A DNA stretch of 40,065 nucleotides, taken from the IMG/VR virus record IMGVR_UViG_3300038336_000082, positions 1 through 40,065 of that record; one strand, written 5' to 3'. Below the pieces are notes generated by a model, which had not been told where the DNA came from, ran no database searches, and was given only the letters and a program-made list of their open reading frames with translations. This stretch comes from a virus. Its lineage: Duplodnaviria > Caudoviricetes. Position 1 is the first letter of the stretch. The number at the start of each line of letters is the position of its first letter. Positions 18,821 to 27,322 of this stretch are shown one piece after another. The translations under genes and the position numbers were made by a program.

Positions 18821-19798
18821 TTATACTGTACTTAACGTAGCGCCGTCGTTGACAACAACACGCCATACCAACGCGCCCGCTTTCTTCACGGCTTTGAGGA
18901 CGATGGTATCGCCCGCGTCGTTGAGCGTGATGGTGTTATTACCTGTCTGATTGATCGCGGAAGCGGCGGTGATAACGCAGTCGCCGCCATCCACATCCAT
19001 GCTGATGCCGATTTCTATTCCTGCTAGTCCGGGAATAGCGATGGTGCGAGTTTCCGCGCCCGTTGTGGTAATTGCAACGGTACCGGACTTGGTCACAGGG
19101 ATTGCGCCCGATGCACCGGGATCAGTAATGGCTACTGGAATTTTGGGATATATTTCCTGTAGAGCGCCTTCCACATCTGTCTGCGCGGTATGGTTCCCGG
19201 CGTCTGTAATTGATATGGCCGAAGCGGCATGGGCAGCTGATGTATCGGCAATGTGCGTGGCCACATCGGCCTGTCTGATTGCCGGTTCAATATCAATAAA
19301 GGCATGGGTAGAATCGATATACTCGGCGATAACACCGCAGAAAATATCATTCGTAGTGTTTGCTGTTAGATCGACGGTCTCATCATCCACAAGGAAAACG
19401 TTGTCGCCGACATTGGCCTGGGTAATGGCATGGCCCAAAGTAGCCTTTACAAGTCCGCGTCTTAATACCAAGCCGGTTAAGTCACCATTGCTGCCCAGGG
19501 AATTATCCACATACGCACGGGATATCCCCTGGAAAATCAAGGCTGCCGTATCCGCGCCGGGTACAAGAAAACCTGCCGCGTTCACGCATGCCCACGCGCC
19601 CGCAAATATTTTAGTTGCTGCCGCAACGGGTACGGGAACTTCCACGCCTTCTTTGTATTCCGTTTTTTTATCTGCCGTTAACGCGCCGCGCTGTGAAAGC
19701 AATGTCCGACCGAAAGTGCCTCTGCGGTTCGGGTCTGTCAAAAATGTGAGCAGCAATATAAAAATCGCCGCTATAATTAATCCGATTAAATGTAACAT
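18821..19798 (-). CDS. Capsid decoration/cement protein with hydrophobic leader and C-terminal head-fibre-like extension
   Basis: ALTAD...VPVAA.TKIFAG...DN..G...V...VDD.TV cement-like core between protease and capsid; H.A.AI...DVEGALQE fibre motif. Confidence 0.75.
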   Translation of the reverse strand: MLHLIGLIIAAIFILLLTFLTDPNRRGTFGRTLLSQRGALTADKKTEYKEGVEVPVPVAAATKIFAGAWACVNAAGFLVPGADTAALIFQGISRAYVDNSLGSNGDLTGLVLRRGLVKATLGHAITQANVGDNVFLVDDETVDLTANTTNDIFCGVIAEYIDSTHAFIDIEPAIRQADVATHIADTSAAHAASAISITDAGNHTAQTDVEGALQEIYPKIPVAITDPGASGAIPVTKSGTVAITTTGAETRTIAIPGLAGIEIGISMDVDGGDCVITAASAINQTGNNTITLNDAGDTIVLKAVKKAGALVWRVVVNDGATLSTV

Positions 19799-19866
19799 TT
19801 GTAACCTCCTTTAAAATTCGTAAATGGTGAAGGGTGAATGGAAAAAGACTTCACTTCTCACGTTTG

Positions 19867-20469
19867 TTATTTGTCGTATTTTTTATACGTCTCTTCGTCG
19901 ACGCCCATCATTTTATTGATGGATACCTGCGTTTCATCCAGAGCGCCTTCGACATGTTTGTCTTCGTTCACCACTCTGCCCATGACGACGACCACGGGCG
20001 CTTTGGCGACGAAGACCTTGAAACCTTCCAGATCATCCTTGGCATACTTATCGGCCCAGTCTTTCTGCGCCGGTGTGATCTTGCCTTCCTTCATGGCCAG
20101 GGCCACGACTTCGGTTGCGTCCTTCAGCGTCAGTTTGTCCTTGAGATCTTTTACGGTCTGAGCTAACCCGCCGACCTGATCGTGCGATTGCTTCATCGCC
20201 ATGATGGTGCCGGTGACTTCGGCCTCGGTTGCCGTCTCCGGCAAGCCCAGCGCCGTCAGGACAGCTTTGTTCGCCACAACAACGACGCTACCGCTCTTGA
20301 GTTTATTCACCATCGCGATTACTTCGGCTTCAGTCGCCGTCTCCGGCAAGCCCAGCACTGCAAAGACGCCCTTATTGGCCACAATGCCTATAAGTTTGTT
20401 TACTGCCGCGATGACGTCGGCTTCGGTTGCCGTCTCGGCCAGGCCGAGAAGTTTCAACAATGCTTTCAT
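19867..20469 (-). CDS. Nested in-frame scaffold protein (Mu gpZ-like)
   Basis: Internal ATG (MKALLKLLGL) preceded by AAGGAGGA; three LGL.ETATEA.V repeats. Confidence 0.7.
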   Translation of the reverse strand: MKALLKLLGLAETATEADVIAAVNKLIGIVANKGVFAVLGLPETATEAEVIAMVNKLKSGSVVVVANKAVLTALGLPETATEAEVTGTIMAMKQSHDQVGGLAQTVKDLKDKLTLKDATEVVALAMKEGKITPAQKDWADKYAKDDLEGFKVFVAKAPVVVVMGRVVNEDKHVEGALDETQVSINKMMGVDEETYKKYDK

Positions 20470-20946
20470 CGTTACTTCCTCCTTATTTTCAAATTGGATT
20501 TGATATCCCGATTTATTCACGAGCGGCACCATGCCGTCGATATTCGGTTGATTGGTGAGGGCCATATTGATTAGTTCGACGACCCTGTTGTCGGATATCC
20601 GTTTCAGAAAAACCGGCGACGTGTATTTATATTCCTTGTTAGCCAGATATTGTTTGGCCCTATCCGTCCAGTTGACAACAGCCCATATTCCGTCTTTGCC
20701 CTTGTCGATCAGTTTGGTAATCCATCCGGCTGCCGGGGCCTCCGTTCCCTGAAGAGTCTGGTGCTCGTAATCAATGACCATTTGATTTTTTTTATTTTCA
20801 AAGGCGGCGATCACGATAGGAGCGCTTTGTTCGTCCAGAGTGAATGGCCCTTTCGGTGTCTGGATTTCGACGCCGTAAGGAATCGCCTGAATTTCTTCCG
20901 GGACGCCTATTATTTCTTTGCAGATTAATTGCAGTAGATGTTTCAT
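19867..20946 (-). CDS. Prohead protease/scaffold (Mu gpI)
   Basis: IDYEHQT, APAAGWI, V.WTDRA, EYKYTSPVF and ALTNQP motifs. Confidence 0.95.
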   Translation of the reverse strand: MKHLLQLICKEIIGVPEEIQAIPYGVEIQTPKGPFTLDEQSAPIVIAAFENKKNQMVIDYEHQTLQGTEAPAAGWITKLIDKGKDGIWAVVNWTDRAKQYLANKEYKYTSPVFLKRISDNRVVELINMALTNQPNIDGMVPLVNKSGYQIQFENKEEVTMKALLKLLGLAETATEADVIAAVNKLIGIVANKGVFAVLGLPETATEAEVIAMVNKLKSGSVVVVANKAVLTALGLPETATEAEVTGTIMAMKQSHDQVGGLAQTVKDLKDKLTLKDATEVVALAMKEGKITPAQKDWADKYAKDDLEGFKVFVAKAPVVVVMGRVVNEDKHVEGALDETQVSINKMMGVDEETYKKYDK

Positions 20947-21410
20947 TACATATCCCCTTTTTGCTGTAGGTAGTTTCTCATGCCGTCGCGATAAAGAACG
21001 GCCCCATCGACTTGACCCGCCGCGATTCTCACCCAGGGACGACCTTTCATGCCCTTGACTGATCTGACCGGGTGCGATGCGCCGGGCCAGTAAAGCGCCT
21101 GTTTGCTTTTGGGCACGATCTTTGTTTTATGCGGGCCGTAAAGACCGGTGCCTTCGTGAACATAACCGGCATACGGCGCGGTGAAAGCCAGCGTGCCGCG
21201 TGTTCCGTCATCATTAACGCGGCTTGTGCGCGTACGCTTCATGTTGCTTGTTTTCTGCGGCGCGTCTTTGACCGAGATCGCTTCAACCGTGGTCAGCCAG
21301 TTGGTCATGCCCGCCCTTCGTGCGGGTTTCATGTCATCTCGAAGGTTTTTAAATAACCTTCCCGGATCTGGCTTTATGTTCATGTTTATTTCCATACGTT
21401 CACCATTCAC
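20946..21410 (-). CDS. Virion morphogenesis / tail completion protein (Mu gpG, HK97 gp10-like)
   Basis: APYA.YVHEGTG and KGRPW motifs; synteny; start could be ATG 21395. Confidence 0.8.
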   Translation of the reverse strand: MNGERMEINMNIKPDPGRLFKNLRDDMKPARRAGMTNWLTTVEAISVKDAPQKTSNMKRTRTSRVNDDGTRGTLAFTAPYAGYVHEGTGLYGPHKTKIVPKSKQALYWPGASHPVRSVKGMKGRPWVRIAAGQVDGAVLYRDGMRNYLQQKGDM

Positions 21411-21413
21411 TTT

Positions 21414-23546
21414 TCACGGTTTCACGCGCTTAATCACGATTCCGTGACAATGCGGATGATACGGCGGCAATAAGCCCCTGGCCACGAGGGCCTCTGCATT
21501 GGCGACGGTCGGCGCAATTTTCTGGATGTCCTTCGTGTACTGATCAGGCGTCATGCCCGCCTGCTTGGTCATTGTGTTGTAGGCCGTGGCCACGCTGATG
21601 ACTTTGCCGTTCATCGCCGCGCAGAAATCGCATTCCATTGTCGGCTCGTAAACTTCCAACTCGGTGATCCCGGCTTCGTGGAGCTGCGCCGTTGCCGCCC
21701 AGTTCTGTGCCCTGGTTACTGACGTATCGATGATCCGGCTGACCTGAAAATCTTCCAGATCGGAAAGTTTCTGGCCGAAGAGATCCCGGAAGGCCTGATA
21801 GTTTTCCGGCAGGGCGCGTTTGAATAATGCTTCGCCGTCCTGCAGGTAGCGCTCCGTCAAAAACGATTTGACGGTTTCGACCGCGTCCGGATTCTGCACC
21901 CACTTGGAAATATAAAAATTATCGACTTTGGACAGGAAGTTCATGGCGCGCAGATCCGGCCCGCCAAAATCGGTGATAGTTATATCGGCAAAGCGGAAAT
22001 TCTTATAAATAATTTCGACGGCTTTTTTGATGACCGGCCTGTCCACTACGCTGAGGGCCGCGCCCAGGATGCTCTGTATGGAGGCGATGAATTCGGCCTG
22101 CGTGGGCGGCGTCTTCTGCTTTTGCAGATAGGATTCGATTTCGTCAAGAGCGCCGAAGCGGGCATTCTGCAGAGAAGGTTTGATGGCGGACATATAGGCG
22201 GCGACCCAGTCGGGCGTGCCTTCTTTGTTGACCATGATCTTATTGGCCTGGCTGATCGCGTCGGGCGCGGGATTAAAACCTTCACCCAGGGAAAAAGGCT
22301 GCGCGGCTTTTAGTGTTATTTCTCCCTTTTCCGGTACGGGTATGCCGAAGCGATCATGAATGTGGCTTGCGGGTATGCCCTCAAAACCAGCGTCCTTGAC
22401 CAGCATGCCGTAGGTGCGGGCAATCTTTTCGAGATCTTCGCCTTCTTCAAAATGCAGTTTGAATATCGGCACGCCTTTGCCTGGGCCGTAATTAAAAATG
22501 ACCCAAGGTGCGAGCATCTTAAATTTTATCGTCTTCTGTGCGGCTTTAGCGTCCGATTCTATGAGATCATGCCGCACGGCTTCCGATGCATTTTCTCCGC
22601 CCAGTTTGCCGGGTGTGCTTTCCGCGCTGCCGGTGTGGCCCAGCACGCCCTTGCTCATGGCCTTGTCGCAAAATTCTGCTAACCCTGAAAAAACACCGGT
22701 ATCTCCCTTGCGTGCCGATTCTACCAGTTCGATAATCGAATTATCCGAGATCACTGCGGCGGCATCGACGCCCAGGTTGAAGACGGCTTTTTTGAGCGCG
22801 TCCTTTTCGGGATCGCCAGCGCCGGGTTTGTATTTGCCCACGCGCATCGGAACGGCAAACAGTTCGTTAAATATGACCCAGTCCTTGATGTCGTAATTTT
22901 TAAACAGGTACATATAAGAGCAGGGCCGCAGTAATCCGCCGCGCGCCGTCGCTCCGGAGCGGGCCTTGTACTTGTGCAGGATGAATTTATTCGGCAGAAG
23001 ATCTTCGCCCCATACAGGCGCTGCATCGGTGATCAGTTTAGGCATCTTTAACAAAGCGGCAGCAGAGTTGAAGGTGAAGCGCATCTGGTTGACCCATTCC
23101 GTCTCTTTAATCCATACTTGGCCTTCGGACATGTCCCACATGATTTCCTGAACGGAAAAGCCCTTACCGACGGCATCGAGCATGTCAAGAAGCATATCCT
23201 CAAAATTTTCCATGTACTCGATCATCTGGATGGCGGCTTCGGCGATCTTCTTATCCTCGGCGGAATCGGATGCCGGGAGGATTTCCCACTCCAATCCGGT
23301 TATGGCCAGCTTTCTGGTTTGAAGAACGCCGCCGAGATGCAGGTCTTTTTCTTCCATTTCCATAAACAGTTCAGCCTGCCGCGTGATATCGCCCTGATCA
23401 GCCTCTTTGAAGATGGTCGCCAGGCGTTGCGGAGTCAGCCCCTGGGAGGGGTAAGAACCATACCGATCCCGGACGGTTTGAACCGCGACTTCTTCAAGAA
23501 TCGGCTTATTTAATTTGATTTCTCGATTATATTGGTCGTACAGCAT
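21414..23546 (-). CDS. Portal (Mu gp29/DUF935) fused to a head morphogenesis gpF-like domain
   Basis: EMEEKD.HL...LQTRK.A, DAVGKGFS..EI.W portal motifs; C-terminal CDFC..MNGKV and LPPYHPHC. Confidence 0.9.
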   Translation of the reverse strand: MLYDQYNREIKLNKPILEEVAVQTVRDRYGSYPSQGLTPQRLATIFKEADQGDITRQAELFMEMEEKDLHLGGVLQTRKLAITGLEWEILPASDSAEDKKIAEAAIQMIEYMENFEDMLLDMLDAVGKGFSVQEIMWDMSEGQVWIKETEWVNQMRFTFNSAAALLKMPKLITDAAPVWGEDLLPNKFILHKYKARSGATARGGLLRPCSYMYLFKNYDIKDWVIFNELFAVPMRVGKYKPGAGDPEKDALKKAVFNLGVDAAAVISDNSIIELVESARKGDTGVFSGLAEFCDKAMSKGVLGHTGSAESTPGKLGGENASEAVRHDLIESDAKAAQKTIKFKMLAPWVIFNYGPGKGVPIFKLHFEEGEDLEKIARTYGMLVKDAGFEGIPASHIHDRFGIPVPEKGEITLKAAQPFSLGEGFNPAPDAISQANKIMVNKEGTPDWVAAYMSAIKPSLQNARFGALDEIESYLQKQKTPPTQAEFIASIQSILGAALSVVDRPVIKKAVEIIYKNFRFADITITDFGGPDLRAMNFLSKVDNFYISKWVQNPDAVETVKSFLTERYLQDGEALFKRALPENYQAFRDLFGQKLSDLEDFQVSRIIDTSVTRAQNWAATAQLHEAGITELEVYEPTMECDFCAAMNGKVISVATAYNTMTKQAGMTPDQYTKDIQKIAPTVANAEALVARGLLPPYHPHCHGIVIKRVKP

Positions 23547-23653
23547 GATTATTTAGCCCCTGCTTCGCGCGACGTTATGTTTATAAACAGTGTCAATGAA
23601 ACTCCCGCCCCAATGGGAGGGCAAAACTGCTGTGGGGCATTTTTGCGGCCTCA

Positions 23654-25228
23654 TCAGAAAGCCCCCCTGCTAAAAAAACCGCTTTCATTTTTAGATTCGT
23701 CATCAATATCTCTTCCCGATGCCCACCTGTTGGCAACCGTCTCGTATTCTACCGGCCCGCCGTTCCATTCCTGCCTCGTTGCAAAGCAGGCCATTGCACC
23801 GGCAATACCGGAATCGCCGTGGCGCTTTTTATTGTCCTTGCCCTTCTGCCGGATCTCTGGAAGTTTGGCGACTCCCTTAATGACTTTAAAGGCCCGGTGA
23901 TCTTCGATGACATCAGCGTCTCTGGCCATCGTTATTGTCTGATCCTCAAATGCCGCTTTATAGGCGGGCATGTTTTCGCGGTACCATGCCTCGGTGATCA
24001 TGACCTGCGCAATGCGTCCTTCGCCGTAACGCTGCATGGCGCGTTCCGCCAGATACTGGCCGTTGCCCCTGGCATCGAGCGCGCCGAACTGAAAGCGCGG
24101 CAGGCGATCGCAGATGTAATAGAGGATCTGCTCCTGCTGTTGGAACGGCATATTGCGCAGTTCGAGCTGAAAGAGTTCGCGCCAGTTGGCCTTCTGGTTT
24201 TCCAGCCAGAATTTCATGACGGTCAAATCGCCGGTGCGGGCAAAGTCCTCGCCGAAGACGGCATTTTGTTTTGAATCGATGCCAACAAGAAGAGGCTTTA
24301 GAATTTCCTCGCACCAATCGCTTACCTCGGCATGACGGATATGATCGGGAAGCGCGCCAAAGGATGTCTGCTGTTCATAGCGGATCACCTGTATGTCGGC
24401 GCTGAGGCATTTCTCGATGACGGCGCGAGTAAGGAAAACGCCGGTGCCCTGGCTCGGTATGCAGAAAAGTTCTTCATCCGCATCTTCGCCGTAGGAATCA
24501 ATGATGCCCTGCCGCCATGTTACCTCGGCCTCCGGCGACCATTGGCGTTTCAGAACTTCGCAGATACGTTTATAAAGTCCGTCTTGCAGGGCTTCATCAA
24601 ACGTCACGCGATGGAGGCTGTAAGGTTTCTTGCCCGCCCGGATATCCTGGATAACGGAGTTGAATTCGTTGCTGTCGCCGAAGTGTGTGGAGATAACGCG
24701 AACCTGACCGCCCCACATAAGCAATGCCATTGCCGCTTTCAGGAGGCCCGGCAGATCGTCATGGAAGGCCGCTTCGTCGATAACCACACGGCCCTGCTTG
24801 CCGCGCAGGTTTGTCGGCCTGCTGGAGAGAGCTGTAATGCGCCAGCCGGATTCAAAGGTGATTTTATAGGCAAGGATCTTCTGTTCTTTGACAATGCCCT
24901 GGTCATCTTCGTCCGGTTCTTCATATTCATTAATGGATGATACAGCCATATTATAGGCGCGCGCCCAATTGGCGCAATCGTTGATAAATTCCAGCGCCAT
25001 GTCTTTGGTGTAGCCGATGTACCAGACGTTGCGCTTTTCGCCGTTGCCTTTCTGTGATGCGTAAAGGGTATCGTCAGCGGCCTCGGCCCAGGAGATGCCG
25101 ACACGCCGGGATTTTTCTATGAACTTGACATCGGCCTGATCCGCCACCCATCGTTGCTGATAGGGCAGGAGGATGCCGGTTGAACTGCGCGCCTGATCAA
25201 ATTCGTTTTGATTGTTTTCTTTATCCAC
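23654..25228 (-). CDS. Terminase large subunit (Mu gp28-like)
   Basis: LLPYQQRW, EKSRRVGISW, VVIDEAAF, GEDFARTGDL and RHGDS motifs. Confidence 0.95.
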   Translation of the reverse strand: MDKENNQNEFDQARSSTGILLPYQQRWVADQADVKFIEKSRRVGISWAEAADDTLYASQKGNGEKRNVWYIGYTKDMALEFINDCANWARAYNMAVSSINEYEEPDEDDQGIVKEQKILAYKITFESGWRITALSSRPTNLRGKQGRVVIDEAAFHDDLPGLLKAAMALLMWGGQVRVISTHFGDSNEFNSVIQDIRAGKKPYSLHRVTFDEALQDGLYKRICEVLKRQWSPEAEVTWRQGIIDSYGEDADEELFCIPSQGTGVFLTRAVIEKCLSADIQVIRYEQQTSFGALPDHIRHAEVSDWCEEILKPLLVGIDSKQNAVFGEDFARTGDLTVMKFWLENQKANWRELFQLELRNMPFQQQEQILYYICDRLPRFQFGALDARGNGQYLAERAMQRYGEGRIAQVMITEAWYRENMPAYKAAFEDQTITMARDADVIEDHRAFKVIKGVAKLPEIRQKGKDNKKRHGDSGIAGAMACFATRQEWNGGPVEYETVANRWASGRDIDDESKNESGFFSRGAF

Positions 25229-25229
25229 T

Positions 25230-25685
25230 TTAAACTATCCCCAAAATACGCCGCGAAATATCTCTTGCGTCAGCATCCGACATGCCGCCTTTCTTGACGG
25301 CTTTGGCTACTTCCGCCGCTGCCGCATTAACTTTATCTCTGAACAGGCCGTTGCTCTCGGCCTGTTTGAATTTAACGACTAACGATCCCAGCTTTGTGAG
25401 ACTATCCATCAGAGCGCTGTCAATCGCGCCGGGTTGTCTCTCTTCGGCGTGGGTCAACTCCCGTTCCAGGAGGGCTTCCATGCGTAGGCCGAAGTTTGCT
25501 TTGCGGGCGCGTGCCTTATCCCATTCGTCGAGATCTTCACCCGGCTTTTTGGTCAGGCCTTTCCATGCGGATAGTGTCTGCCGGGATACGCCGAGTTCTG
25601 TTTCGATGGCGGAAAGGGATTTCCCGTCGATGAACATCTGCCGGGCAACGGGTTCAAGTTGTATCTTGATTCCTTTCTCAGCCAA
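25230..25685 (-). CDS. Terminase small subunit-like HTH protein
   Basis: LGVSRQTLSAWK HTH and WDKAR; directly upstream of the large subunit. Confidence 0.8.
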   Translation of the reverse strand: MAEKGIKIQLEPVARQMFIDGKSLSAIETELGVSRQTLSAWKGLTKKPGEDLDEWDKARARKANFGLRMEALLERELTHAEERQPGAIDSALMDSLTKLGSLVVKFKQAESNGLFRDKVNAAAAEVAKAVKKGGMSDADARDISRRILGIV

Positions 25686-25686
25686 T

Positions 25687-25938
25687 TTAAAACCTCGTGA
25701 ATAGTGAATAGTGAACGGTGAAAAAAATAATTATCAAAATCACCCATGCAGACACTGAAACAATTAACCGAGTGTTCCACTCAAAGTCATCCATCCAATC
25801 TAATAGAGCGTAAGCCTTGTCACCTGCCCAATCCATTACCCAAAGCAGAGAATAAAAAAGGATTAACGGGAAAAAGACTAACGACAGAATCAATGATTTT
25901 AAAAGTTTAATGATTGCCTTTTTCTTTTTACTATTCAC
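25687..25938 (-). CDS. Small two-TM membrane protein
   Basis: Two hydrophobic segments; start taken at GTG 25938 (track extends to 26019); bounded by heptamer tracts. Confidence 0.55.
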   Translation of the reverse strand: MNSKKKKAIIKLLKSLILSLVFFPLILFYSLLWVMDWAGDKAYALLDWMDDFEWNTRLIVSVSAWVILIIIFFTVHYSLFTRF

Positions 25939-25958
25939 TTTTAACCCTTCACCATTCA

Positions 25959-26237
25959 CTAGCGAAGTTCCTCTTCCAGCCGCTTGATCTCCGCCTGTGC
26001 GGAAACCAGCTCCGCCCACTTTGATTTCAGTTCATCAAACTGATTGTCCACGATATCGATCGGCAGATCTTCCGGACGCTTTAATGAACAATCAAGATTG
26101 ATGCTGATTACCTGTGAGAGATTTTCAATCTCAATCCGTAATTGTTTTGCTTTATGCTCCAGATTCGTCAGTCTCACTTTGCGCATTGCGTTGAGTGTGC
26201 TCATTAGATCAACCTTCCACGGCTTCTTCGTCGACAA
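25959..26237 (-). CDS. Coiled-coil hypothetical protein
   Basis: Co-oriented ORF in the lysis-terminase interval; true start probably MSTLNAM. Confidence 0.65.
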   Translation of the reverse strand: MSTKKPWKVDLMSTLNAMRKVRLTNLEHKAKQLRIEIENLSQVISINLDCSLKRPEDLPIDIVDNQFDELKSKWAELVSAQAEIKRLEEELR

Positions 26238-26550
26238 GCCGCATTGCTTTTTTCTTGCTGATTCTTATTACCGGGCAAAATTGATTTTGATTTATTGAGT
26301 CCTTACATTCGGTCATTGTCTGGATGTTGAGAGTGACGATATCGCGCAGGTCATTCGTCACCGTGGCGAAGTCCTTGCATAAAGAGACATTGGATTTGTA
26401 CATCTCGCGTTGCTCATTCATGTCCTTTTTGTATTGGTCAAGGACGGCCCACATCCGTTTGTTATCAGACCACCACAAAAAAATAACCAGGCCCACAGTC
26501 CCGAAATCGCCCAAAATTTTTAAAACGCTCATTATGCCCAGTTGATCCAC
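26209..26550 (-). CDS. N-terminal TM / coiled-coil protein (holin candidate)
   Basis: Single TM segment FGTVGLVIFLWW; located in the lysis region. Confidence 0.55.
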   Translation of the reverse strand: MDQLGIMSVLKILGDFGTVGLVIFLWWSDNKRMWAVLDQYKKDMNEQREMYKSNVSLCKDFATVTNDLRDIVTLNIQTMTECKDSINQNQFCPVIRISKKKAMRLVDEEAVEG

Positions 26551-26551
26551 G

Positions 26552-26782
26552 TCAGTCCCTCCGTTGTTCGTAATTTGTCTGACACCCTATGCACCGCTCC
26601 GCACCGGGTTTTGCTTTCAATCTTTTTTTCGGGATCGGCTCTCCGCAATCCTTACAATTCCTCTTTTTCACCTCGCCCTTGAGGGGAGAGGGTAAGGGAG
26701 AGTGTGATTTTTTAAAGTGCTCCTTCAGCGCGGTCTCCCGGAAAAGTGCGTCACGCTCCTGCGCCTGATCAAAGATGTCCAC
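26552..26782 (-). CDS. TraR/DksA C4-type zinc finger protein
   Basis: MD.FDQAQ and CKDCGEPIP..R....G..RCIGCQ motifs. Confidence 0.92.
   Translation of the reverse strand: MDIFDQAQERDALFRETALKEHFKKSHSPLPSPLKGEVKKRNCKDCGEPIPKKRLKAKPGAERCIGCQTNYEQRRD
26671..26702. repeat. CCCCTCAAGGG-type repeat in-frame within the TraR gene
   Basis: cctcgcccttgaggggagagggtaagggagag encodes SPLPSPLKGE. Confidence 0.7.
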
Positions 26783-26789
26783 CCGCTTT

Positions 26790-27011
26790 TTACTCCTCCC
26801 GGTACGTCTGCTCGTAGCACTTCACCGTCTTCTCCAGCTCCTTCGCGTAGATGACAGTGTTCGTGCTGTTTGCAACAAAATTTTTACCGCCCTTTTCCCA
26901 TGTTGGCGGCAGCGGACTGCGGCAGAATGGCTTCACCAATACAGGTTCGGGGCAGCACGCTGTTATTAAAAAAAGCACCGAGACAATCGTTAATGCGATC
27001 CATCTTTTCAT
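26790..27011 (-). CDS. Outer-membrane spanin (Rz1-like lipoprotein)
   Basis: Signal peptide with lipobox ITAC, Pro-rich; overlaps the 3' end of the i-spanin. Confidence 0.78.
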   Translation of the reverse strand: MKRWIALTIVSVLFLITACCPEPVLVKPFCRSPLPPTWEKGGKNFVANSTNTVIYAKELEKTVKCYEQTYREE

Positions 27012-27306
27012 TGTTGAATCCTTCCTTCTCTTTTTCGGTGAGGCTTGCCGCCAGATTACGCAGCGGCTCTGCCTGCTTTTGAATTGATTTCATTTCGATG
27101 TCCGCAACGCGGGCCGCCTGAGCGTTGCGGTTCATTGTTTTGTTGGCTGTTGTCAGCGTTTCGATTTGACCCTTCTGTTTTTCGATCTTTGCTTTTTTAA
27201 ATTCGAGGTTGACACGCTGTGTGGCGATGATCAGTGCTGCGGAAACCGCCACGACTGCCAGCAAAATCCATACTTTGTATTTCCAGACAAATGATATGAA
27301 TGCCAT
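26884..27306 (-). CDS. Inner-membrane spanin (Rz-like)
   Basis: N-terminal TM followed by coiled coil, downstream of the endolysin. Confidence 0.75.
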   Translation of the reverse strand: MAFISFVWKYKVWILLAVVAVSAALIIATQRVNLEFKKAKIEKQKGQIETLTTANKTMNRNAQAARVADIEMKSIQKQAEPLRNLAASLTEKEKEGFNNEKMDRINDCLGAFFNNSVLPRTCIGEAILPQSAAANMGKGR

Positions 27307-27322
27307 GTTCTAAACTATCTCC

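Noticed and set aside
18951-19814. 287-aa plus-strand ORF and the many other short antisense or overlapping ORFs in the track
   Set aside because: They overlap well-supported minus-strand Mu homologues and show no recognisable domains.
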